This document shows, piece by piece, positions 15,787 through 23,053 of a DNA stretch of 43,125 bases. The stretch is from Candidatus Woesearchaeota archaeon (GTDB taxonomy: Archaea; Nanobdellota; Nanobdellia; Pacearchaeales; GW2011-AR1), in the NCBI GenBank assembly GCA_964423055.1, contig CAYRCZ010000002.1, positions 67,492-110,616 on the forward strand, in the 5' to 3' direction. The notes below the pieces were generated by a model. That model saw nothing but the letters and a program-made list of their open reading frames with translations. It made no database searches and was not told where the DNA came from. How positions within the stretch are numbered: the stretch's first letter is position 1; each line of letters begins with the position of its first letter. The position numbers were made by a program, and so were the translations under genes.

Positions 15787-16520
15787 ATGCCGAAGTAAAA
15801 CAAGAAGAAATTGGAATAAAACTTGAAGTTCCTGCAACTGAAGAAGAATTATTACTTGAAGAAACAAAGAAGGAAGAACAAACACCTATTCAAGCTTGGC
15901 ATCCTAAAACTCAGATTGGTAAAGATGTTAAACATGGAAAAATAAAAGATATTGATGAGATATTATCCAGCGGTAAAAAAATACTTGAGCCAGAAATTGT
16001 AGATAGTCTGATAAGTTTGGAAAAAGATTTGCTTCTTGTTGGACAGTCTAAAGGTAAATTCGGCGGAGGAAAGAGAAGAGCCTGGAGACAAACTCAAAAG
16101 AAAACAATGGAAGGAAATGTACTTACATTCTCATCATTGGCAGTCGTTGGAGATAAAAATGGTCATGTAGGTCTTGGCCTTGGAAAATCAAAAGAAACAT
16201 TACCTTCAAGAGAAAAAGCAGTTAGACTTGCTAAACTGAATGTAATAAAGGTTACAAGAGGATGCGGTCACTTTGACTGTTCATGTTCTGAACCTCACAG
16301 CATCCCATTTGCAGTTGAAGGTAAATGTGGAAGCGTAGTCGTAAAATTAATTCCTGCACCTCAGGGAACTGGCTTAGTAGTGGGGGATGAAGTAAAGAAG
16401 ATTTTAAGATTAGCAGGAATAAGAGATATTTACTCATACACTAAAGGGTATGGCAGATCAACTATTAATTTCGCTAACGCATGTCTTGAAGCCTTAAAGA
16501 AGACAGGGAAATTATCATGA
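15783..16520 (+). CDS. rps5: 30S ribosomal protein S5 (uS5)
   Basis: FSSLAVVGDKNGHVGLGLGKSKE and PAPQGTGLVVGDEVKKILRLAGIRD. Acidic N-terminal extension. ATGA overlap with L18. Confidence 0.93.
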   Translation: MNAEVKQEEIGIKLEVPATEEELLLEETKKEEQTPIQAWHPKTQIGKDVKHGKIKDIDEILSSGKKILEPEIVDSLISLEKDLLLVGQSKGKFGGGKRRAWRQTQKKTMEGNVLTFSSLAVVGDKNGHVGLGLGKSKETLPSREKAVRLAKLNVIKVTRGCGHFDCSCSEPHSIPFAVEGKCGSVVVKLIPAPQGTGLVVGDEVKKILRLAGIRDIYSYTKGYGRSTINFANACLEALKKTGKLS

Positions 16521-16933
16521 TTATAGCAATAAGAATATCTGGAATGGTGGATGTACCTCACACAGTTAACCACTTATTAGATAACATAAACTTGAGAAGA
16601 AAGTATGCTGCTATTTTAGTTGAGGAAACTCCTGAAAACATGAAAATGTTAAATCAAATAAGAAGTTTTGTTGCTTTCGGAAAAATCACAAATGAAAACC
16701 TAGTTAAATTAATTTCAATGCGAGGAGAAAGATCTGATAAAAAGAAAATTGAAGCTGAAACAGTAGTTAAAAATCTAGATAAAAAATCTTTGAGAGAACA
16801 AGGATTGAAACCATTTTTCAGATTACACCCACCTAGAAAAGGAATCGAAAGCAAGAAACACTTTGGAATAGGCAAGGGAGTTCTTGGAGACAACAAAGAA
16901 CACATAAATAAACTATTGGAGAGAATGTTATGA
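16517..16933 (+). CDS. rpl30: 50S ribosomal protein L30 (uL30)
   Basis: IAIRISGMVDVPHTVNHLLDNINLRRKY. ATGA overlap with S5. Confidence 0.92.
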   Translation: MIIAIRISGMVDVPHTVNHLLDNINLRRKYAAILVEETPENMKMLNQIRSFVAFGKITNENLVKLISMRGERSDKKKIEAETVVKNLDKKSLREQGLKPFFRLHPPRKGIESKKHFGIGKGVLGDNKEHINKLLERML

Positions 16934-17121
16934 GTAAAGTAAAAACAGCTTGGGAATGTGATTGCGGAGCAATTGCATATGGAAAATTACCTCCTACAGA
17001 ATGCAAGCGTTGTGGTGAGGAAGATACTTATGTTGAAGCTGATGAAGATCATTTAGCAGAACTTGCTGATGAGAACTTAATGGAAGAAATAAGGGCTAAA
17101 GATTGGGGAGAGGAAGAATAA
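16930..17121 (+). CDS. small acidic zinc-ribbon protein (uncharacterised) embedded in the r-protein operon
   Basis: 63 aa. CxC-x12-CxxC (WECDCG...ECKRCG) followed by a very acidic tail (EEDTYVEADEDHLAELADENLMEE..WGEEE). ATGA overlap with the L30 stop, GGAGA SD, and 1-nt spacer to the L15 ATG. Confidence 0.7.
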   Translation: MSKVKTAWECDCGAIAYGKLPPTECKRCGEEDTYVEADEDHLAELADENLMEEIRAKDWGEEE

Positions 17122-17122
17122 T

Positions 17123-17527
17123 ATGGGAATGAAATATAAGAAGAGAAGAAAGTCAAGCAAATTCAGAGGTAGTCATACTCACGGTAGAGGTGGAAAGAAA
17201 AAAGCTCGTGGTTCAGGACACCGAGGAGGATTTGGTATGGCTGGTTCAGGTAAAAGAGGAGACCAGAAAAAAACAAAGATACTTGACCTTAAAATGGATG
17301 TTTACTTTGGTAAAAGACAGACTAAAATGCGTTTTGGTAAGCCAAGATTAAAGACTCTTAACCTTGACAGAATTTCAGACAGTATCAAAGATGGAGCAGA
17401 CCTTTCAGATTACAAAGTAGTTGGAAAGCTTAGTAAAAATATCAAATTGAATATTATTGCAGCAGCAGCTTCTCCTGGTGCATTGAAATCTGTCGAGAAA
17501 CACGGCGGAAAAATTACATTAAAGTAA
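17123..17527 (+). CDS. rpl15: 50S ribosomal protein L15 (uL15)
   Basis: KFRGSHTHGRGGKKKARGSGHRGGFGMAGSGKRG. Confidence 0.93.
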   Translation: MGMKYKKRRKSSKFRGSHTHGRGGKKKARGSGHRGGFGMAGSGKRGDQKKTKILDLKMDVYFGKRQTKMRFGKPRLKTLNLDRISDSIKDGADLSDYKVVGKLSKNIKLNIIAAAASPGALKSVEKHGGKITLK

Positions 17528-17541
17528 TTTTTTACATTTTT
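17528..17541 (+). terminator. oligo-T tract after L15
   Basis: TTTTTTACATTTTT lies immediately after the L15 stop, in the 30-nt gap before the convergent VIT gene. Confidence 0.45.
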
Positions 17542-17557
17542 ATTTAAAATAATTTAT

Positions 17558-18052
17558 TTATCCAACTAGGTTTTTTACTAAAATTCCAAATAGAAAAGAG
17601 ATTACTGAAACTGTTAAAGTTATTGCAAGCATTTCGAAGAATTTTGACTTGAAACTTTCTTTATGCATTTTTGAATCGTATTTTGTAAATCCTGCGATTA
17701 TTAATATTACTGAGCCAAACATGACTGCTGTTGCTTGATATACGTTATCTAGCACGAAATAAGGGAACACTAAGGCTAAAACTGCTAAGATATAGGCTAT
17801 TCCAGTGTATGTCGCTGCCTTAACTGGTTGTTTGTTTTTTTCTTCTTTCACAGATAAATATTCAGAAGCAGCCATTGAAAGAGCAGCTGCAAAACCAGTA
17901 ATTAATCCGACGGTAGCTATAGTTTTTGATTCGGATAGCGCAAAAGATAAACCTACTAAAGCCCCGGATAATTCAACTAAGGCATCATTCAAACCAAGAA
18001 CTATTGCCCCGCTATAGTTAGCATTTTCTTTAACCATCTTCTTTTTATTCAT
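17558..18052 (-). CDS. VIT1/CCC1-family (iron/manganese) transporter, membrane domain only
   Basis: Motifs GLNDALVELSGALVGLS and AALSMAASEYLS plus C-terminal TM helices. ATG 18052 is preferred over the ORF-track TTG 18085 because a minus-strand TATA starts exactly 29 nt upstream of it. Confidence 0.75.
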   Translation of the reverse strand: MNKKKMVKENANYSGAIVLGLNDALVELSGALVGLSFALSESKTIATVGLITGFAAALSMAASEYLSVKEEKNKQPVKAATYTGIAYILAVLALVFPYFVLDNVYQATAVMFGSVILIIAGFTKYDSKMHKESFKSKFFEMLAITLTVSVISFLFGILVKNLVG

Positions 18053-18073
18053 ACCTACCTTAAAACTTGAACA

Positions 18074-18081
18074 TTTAAAAA
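18074..18081 (-). promoter_or_regulatory. TATA box for the VIT gene
   Basis: TTTTTAAA on the minus strand, 29 nt from ATG 18052. It lies inside a 15-nt repeat, TTGAACATTTAAAAA. Confidence 0.5.
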
Positions 18082-18140
18082 ACAATGCTTGTTTTTGGGA
18101 TATTCAACTTTAAATCGATAAAGAAAATAAAAGTTGAACA

Positions 18141-18148
18141 TTTAAAAA
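18141..18148 (+). promoter_or_regulatory. TATA box for secY
   Basis: TTTAAAAA, 29 nt from ATG 18170. It lies inside the second copy of TTGAACATTTAAAAA. Confidence 0.55.
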
Positions 18149-18169
18149 CCTGTATTTTATGATTATATC

Positions 18170-19558
18170 ATGGTATTAAAACAAATTATTCAATTTTTAC
18201 CTGAAGTAAAAAAACCTGCTGAAAAGAAAATCTCATTTAATGAAAAGCTGAAGTGGACATTAACCGTTTTAGGATTTTTCTTTGTAATGTATAATATTAA
18301 GTTGTATGGACTATCAAGAAACGCTTTGGAAAGATTTGATTTCTTATCCACCATATTAGGAACTGATTTTGGAGCAATAATTAGTTTAGGTATTGGACCA
18401 ATAGTGACTTCTTCCATTATCTTACAGTTATTAGTTGGAAGCGGAATAATTGGATTGAATACTAAGACGGAAGAAGGAAAAAGGATGTTCCAAGGAATAC
18501 AGAAACTCGGAACCTTATTTTTCATAGTATTTGAAGCATGTATCTTTGTACTTATGAAAGGTCTTGAAGCAAACCCTGGATATGAATCAATTGTAATATT
18601 CCAATTAATACTGGGTGGATTAGCTATAATGTTTATGGATGAAGTTGTTTCTAAATGGGGATTTGGTTCAGGAGTTTCATTGTTTATAGTTGCTGGAGTT
18701 GCTTTGCAAATATTCATAGGATTATTCCAATTTATAGGAGCTGATGGAAGTAATTGTTTAGTTAATTTTGGAGAAACTCCTTGTTCAGGAAGAATTCTTG
18801 TAATAATACAATCAATTATTAACGGAGATGCTACAGGAGCATTACTTGCTGCCGCAGTTATTGCGGTAACAGCATTAATATTTTTAGGAGTAGTTTGGGC
18901 CCAAAGTTTGAAAGTTGAAGTTCCTCTAAGTTATGACCGATTAAGAGGATACGGAGTTAAGTGGCCTCTGCAATTCTTTTATGCTTCCACTCTTCCAGTT
19001 ATATTAGTTGCAGCTTTATCTGCTAACTTGCAATTATTTGGAAGTTTATTTGAATCTTGGCTTGGACACCCTACATTCTTAGGAGGATTTCAAAATGGGC
19101 AAGCAGTATCTGGACTTGCATTTTGGATTGGAACACCTAATTTATTACAAGCTATATTGACCGGAAGTTTATTGACTTCGCAGATATTCCAAGGAATATT
19201 CCACATATTATTTTATGTAGTATTTTCAGTAATATTCTCTATATTTTGGGTTAAGACTACTGGAATGGATCCAGCTGGACAAGCTAAAAATATTGCAAAC
19301 TCAGGATTACAGGTTGCAGGATTTAGAAAAGACCCTAGAATAATCGAGAGCATATTAAGTAGGTACATATTCCCTCTTACAATAATGGGTGGATTTGCGA
19401 TAGGATTACTAGCTTCATTTGCAGACCTATTAGGAGCTTTAACAAGTGGAACATCAATACTGTTAGCAGTAATGATATTGTACCAGCTTTACCAAAATAT
19501 TGCTCAGCAACATTCACTAGATATGTCCCCTGGATTAAGAAAGATGATGGGTGGATAA
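18170..19558 (+). CDS. secY: preprotein translocase subunit SecY (Sec61 alpha)
   Basis: 462 aa, 10-TM pattern. Contains LGIGPIVTSSIILQLL (TM2 plug region). Canonical location after L15. Confidence 0.95.
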   Translation: MVLKQIIQFLPEVKKPAEKKISFNEKLKWTLTVLGFFFVMYNIKLYGLSRNALERFDFLSTILGTDFGAIISLGIGPIVTSSIILQLLVGSGIIGLNTKTEEGKRMFQGIQKLGTLFFIVFEACIFVLMKGLEANPGYESIVIFQLILGGLAIMFMDEVVSKWGFGSGVSLFIVAGVALQIFIGLFQFIGADGSNCLVNFGETPCSGRILVIIQSIINGDATGALLAAAVIAVTALIFLGVVWAQSLKVEVPLSYDRLRGYGVKWPLQFFYASTLPVILVAALSANLQLFGSLFESWLGHPTFLGGFQNGQAVSGLAFWIGTPNLLQAILTGSLLTSQIFQGIFHILFYVVFSVIFSIFWVKTTGMDPAGQAKNIANSGLQVAGFRKDPRIIESILSRYIFPLTIMGGFAIGLLASFADLLGALTSGTSILLAVMILYQLYQNIAQQHSLDMSPGLRKMMGG

Positions 19559-19610
19559 TTTTAGAAAATTCAATACAATTTAAAAAGAGTAAAATATAGT
19601 AGACTTTAAC

Positions 19611-20135
19611 ATGAAAGGCATGGGTTTAATATTCTTAGTGATGATTGTTTCTTTAGGAGTTGCTACGCTTTGGGATAAAGTCCCAATAATTGGAGAAAGT
19701 GTTCATGCAGCTTTTGATCCTACCTTGGGAAGTTTACTTGATTGGAATGTAACTCTTGGGTTGATAATAATGACGATTATTTTGAATTTGATCACTACAT
19801 TGATACACAAAAATGTAACAGATCAAGACATGTTAAAAATGATAAAGGAAGAACAAAAACTTGTGAATGAAGAAATGAAGCTTTACAAGGATAACCCTAA
19901 CAAAACTATGGAACTTTCCAAAAAATCAATGGAACTTGCATTTAAGACATTCCCTATAACAATGAGACCTGTTGTTTATACTGCAATACCATTCATTATT
20001 CTTTTTAGGTGGATTACAGACTACTTCACTCAAAACCCTGTTAAAGTTTTGGGGTTTATGTCAGGATTTTGGGCATATTTTGTATTCTTTATTATTTCTT
20101 CAATAATCTGGAGAAAAATATTGAAAGTACATTAA
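19611..20135 (+). CDS. DUF106 / EMC3-TMCO1-like membrane protein (archaeal Oxa1-superfamily insertase candidate)
   Basis: 174 aa. TM helices flank a charged coiled coil (DQDMLKMIKEEQKLVNEEMKLYKDNPNK). This architecture and the position near secY match the archaeal DUF106 family. Confidence 0.75.
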   Translation: MKGMGLIFLVMIVSLGVATLWDKVPIIGESVHAAFDPTLGSLLDWNVTLGLIIMTIILNLITTLIHKNVTDQDMLKMIKEEQKLVNEEMKLYKDNPNKTMELSKKSMELAFKTFPITMRPVVYTAIPFIILFRWITDYFTQNPVKVLGFMSGFWAYFVFFIISSIIWRKILKVH

Positions 20136-20172
20136 TAGGAAGATTTTTATAAGATATTTTTAGACAATCAAG

Positions 20173-20541
20173 ATGGATAATGAAAAAATAGAAATTTTGA
20201 ATAGCTTGAATGCTAGATATGAAATGCTTACAGAGCAACTTAGACTTGTTGAGCAACAAGTTTTAGAACTTTCAATTTTTGGGGAAGAACTTGACGTAAT
20301 AAAGGCCAACAAAAATGCCGAAATCTTTGCACCTATAGGTAAATCTGTTTTTGCACCTGTCAAAGTAAATAGCGATAAAAAATTACTTGTAGAAGTTGGT
20401 TCTGGATTTCTTATTCACAAAGATATTACTGAAACAAAGGAAGTAATTTCCGAACAAAAGCAAAGACTTGAATCTTTCAAAATACAAATATCTTCAGAAT
20501 TAGATAATTTGACTAATGAACTTCAGAGTTTAATCATTTAA
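20173..20541 (+). CDS. pfdA: prefoldin alpha subunit
   Basis: Coiled coil, then double beta-hairpin (FAPIGKSVFAPVKVNSDKKLLVEVGSGFLIHKD), then coiled coil. Confidence 0.8.
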   Translation: MDNEKIEILNSLNARYEMLTEQLRLVEQQVLELSIFGEELDVIKANKNAEIFAPIGKSVFAPVKVNSDKKLLVEVGSGFLIHKDITETKEVISEQKQRLESFKIQISSELDNLTNELQSLII

Positions 20542-21335
20542 TAATTCTTTAAAGACTTTTTAGCTTGTTTAATGAATTCATTATGCGTTAGTATTCCTAA
20601 TTCAGAGATTATATATGAAATATGGCTTTTTGGAACAAGCTCGAATGCAGGATTATCTATATTGACTTTCTTTGGAGAGTTTTTCCAAATTTCTTTCCAA
20701 GACCTTTTTTCTATATTTACTTTCTTTGGAGAATATTTCCAAGAGTCAGTTACAATATATAGAGGTTTTTTTAGATCTTTAGCAATTTTAGAAATAAGTC
20801 CTGAACCAATTTTATTTAAAACACCTTTTTTTGTAATTGCATCTGCACCAATCATAATAATATCTGATTTTTTTATATCTTCTAGAATTGCAGAATCGAT
20901 TGACATCGAAACTTTTATTCCTGCTTTTGATAATTGTTTAGATGTTAGATGCCCTTGATAAAGAGGCCTTGTTTCCGTATTTATTACTGAAAATCTTTTT
21001 TTATTTTTATGAGACTCTATTAAAGCCTTAGCTAACGTGTTTGAATGACAATGGGTAAAAATGACTTGGTTATTTTGAATGGTTTTTTGAACATAGTGGT
21101 TTATGAACTCTTGAGCATTTTCAAAATGATTCAATACGTTTTCGATAGATGACTTTCTAACAACATTTAAAGCGTTAAAGAGCATCGGTTCTGTTGGCCT
21201 TAATTTTGAAAGGATCTTTATTGAACTTTTATTTGGACGAATACAATAAGCTTCAACTCCCGCTCTAGCAACATTAGTCGCACCTTGTATTTTAATAGAC
21301 TTTATATCTGAACATATTTTGGAAAACTTATCCAT
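20538..21335 (-). CDS. eIF-2B alpha/beta/delta-family protein, probable ribose-1,5-bisphosphate isomerase
   Basis: Motifs IFTHCHSNTL, VINTETRPLYQG, IGADAITKKGVLNKIGS and NPAFELVP. Shorter (265 aa) than characterised homologues. Confidence 0.65.
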   Translation of the reverse strand: MDKFSKICSDIKSIKIQGATNVARAGVEAYCIRPNKSSIKILSKLRPTEPMLFNALNVVRKSSIENVLNHFENAQEFINHYVQKTIQNNQVIFTHCHSNTLAKALIESHKNKKRFSVINTETRPLYQGHLTSKQLSKAGIKVSMSIDSAILEDIKKSDIIMIGADAITKKGVLNKIGSGLISKIAKDLKKPLYIVTDSWKYSPKKVNIEKRSWKEIWKNSPKKVNIDNPAFELVPKSHISYIISELGILTHNEFIKQAKKSLKNY

Positions 21336-21394
21336 TAACCTATAGAGACAACATATATAAAAAGGTAGTTGGTTTTTTGATTTTGTGATGATTC

Positions 21395-22258
21395 ATGTTT
21401 GAGATGCTTATTAATCCGGCTAAGGCTGAAAGAAAACCTTGGGAGATGTTTTTTGTAGGGGTTTTTTATGCCAGCATATCTATTCTTCTTGTTGAATGGA
21501 TCTTCAAAAATGATCCAGTCTTGAGTGGCGCTGGAGGAATATTAGTGGTTACGTTTACCGTTATGTTTTCTATCCCTTTTATGTTTTATATGTTTAGAAT
21601 CGAAGAGACCAAATCTTCGCAAGATGGATCTAGCGCTTTTCAAATGATAAAAGACCATAGAAAAGCAATATGGGCATTTATGTGGTTGTTTGTAGGTTTT
21701 GTAATAGGGTTCTCTTTCTGGTATATACTTTTACCAACTACTGGGACCCTAGAACAACAACTAGATACATTTTGCAATATAAATAGGCCAAATGATCCAA
21801 ATTGCAAAAATACAGTTTTAGTTAGAGATCCCAATACAAGCCCTACTGCTTTCGCCACAAATAAAGAGAGGATGTTTTTAATTTTTGCAAATAATACTTA
21901 TGTTTTGATATTCACACTGATATTTTCGTTACTTTTCGGAGCAGGAGTAGTATTCATACTTGCTTGGAACGCTAGTGTAATAGCTGCCGCAATTGCCATA
22001 TTTACTAAATCAGATTTGAGTTACTTACCCGTTGCTATGCTTCGATATTTTGTACATGGTTTGCCTGAAATAGGATCTTATTTCATAGCAGCATTAGCTG
22101 GAGGTATGATCTCTTTTGCAGTTATTAGAAGAGAAATAGGTACTGAAAGGTTCTGGAAAGTTTTACAAGATTCATTGAATTTGATAATCCTTGCAATAAT
22201 CCTACTATTCGTATCTGCACTGATAGAAGTGTTTATTACGCCTTTATTTTTTAGATAA
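21395..22258 (+). CDS. SpoIIM-like (DUF95) integral membrane protein
   Basis: Motifs FANNTYVLIFTLIFSLLFGAG, ILAWNASVIAAAI and HGLPEIGSYFIAALAGG. Confidence 0.7.
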   Translation: MFEMLINPAKAERKPWEMFFVGVFYASISILLVEWIFKNDPVLSGAGGILVVTFTVMFSIPFMFYMFRIEETKSSQDGSSAFQMIKDHRKAIWAFMWLFVGFVIGFSFWYILLPTTGTLEQQLDTFCNINRPNDPNCKNTVLVRDPNTSPTAFATNKERMFLIFANNTYVLIFTLIFSLLFGAGVVFILAWNASVIAAAIAIFTKSDLSYLPVAMLRYFVHGLPEIGSYFIAALAGGMISFAVIRREIGTERFWKVLQDSLNLIILAIILLFVSALIEVFITPLFFR

Positions 22259-22294
22259 ACATATTTAATATATCAAAACTGTTTCAATTAACAT

Positions 22295-23020
22295 ATGGCA
22301 GTAGACATTATAACTGGAAGAAGTAAATTTATACAGGCCATTATAAGCTTAATACCTAAGAGATTAAGACTTAGATTGAACCCTAGAAGGTATTCTATTG
22401 AAAATTTTGTTCAAGATTGCGCAAAAAAAGTAAAATCGAATGAATTAGTACTCGATGCAGGGGCAGGCCCATGTCCCTATAAGAAATTCTTTAAACACTC
22501 TAAATATGAAGCCACGGACTTTTTTGATAAATATAATTGCCTTGATTTTGTATGTAATCTTGAAAATATTCCTAAAAAAGGAAATAATTATGACGCCTTA
22601 TTAAACACGGAGGTTTTAGAACATGTAGAAAATCCTCAAAAAGTAATAAATGAATTTTTTAGAGTTTTAAAGGTTGGAGGAAAACTTTTTCTAACTACTC
22701 CTCAATCTTGGAGAATACATCAAGCCCCTTATAATTACTTTTATTTTACACGTTATGGTTTGAAGAGCCTACTAGAAAAGGCAGGATTCTCTAAAATAAA
22801 AATAAAAAGCCAGGGAGGGTATTTTTGGTTTTTAGCAGATGTGATAAGGTTCAATAACCTGATAGAACCTTTGAAGAAAAAGCCATTTTTTTATTATCCT
22901 TTAGCAATTATAGGTTATCCATTTACTCAAATAATAATCCCATTTTTGCTATTTCATTTAGATTTTTTGGATAAAAAAAGAGATTGGACAATGGGATATA
23001 ATGTCGAGGCAGTAAAATAA
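22295..23020 (+). CDS. class I SAM-dependent methyltransferase
   Basis: Motif I VLDAGAGPCPY, then LNTEVLEHVENP and LKVGGKLFLTTP. Hydrophobic C-terminus. Confidence 0.75.
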   Translation: MAVDIITGRSKFIQAIISLIPKRLRLRLNPRRYSIENFVQDCAKKVKSNELVLDAGAGPCPYKKFFKHSKYEATDFFDKYNCLDFVCNLENIPKKGNNYDALLNTEVLEHVENPQKVINEFFRVLKVGGKLFLTTPQSWRIHQAPYNYFYFTRYGLKSLLEKAGFSKIKIKSQGGYFWFLADVIRFNNLIEPLKKKPFFYYPLAIIGYPFTQIIIPFLLFHLDFLDKKRDWTMGYNVEAVK

Positions 23021-23024
23021 TAGA

Positions 23025-23032
23025 TTTAAATA
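23025..23032 (+). promoter_or_regulatory. TATA box for aglB
   Basis: TTTAAATA starting 29 nt upstream of ATG 23054. Confidence 0.55.
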
Positions 23033-23053
23033 AGATAGTTTACAGCTTATTTT

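Noticed and set aside
16930-17121. Zinc-ribbon ORF read as rubredoxin or as a known zinc-binding ribosomal protein (L37e/L40e/L44e/S27e).
   Set aside because: The cysteine spacing (CxC-x12-CxxC) and the absence of the rubredoxin aromatic core do not fit rubredoxin. The strongly acidic composition is opposite to that of the basic zinc-ribbon r-proteins.
20538-21335. eIF-2B-like gene read as a genuine translation initiation factor subunit.
   Set aside because: Archaeal members of this family that have been characterised are sugar-phosphate isomerases. An AMP phosphorylase is present in the same window. The annotation is kept at family level with a probable isomerase function.
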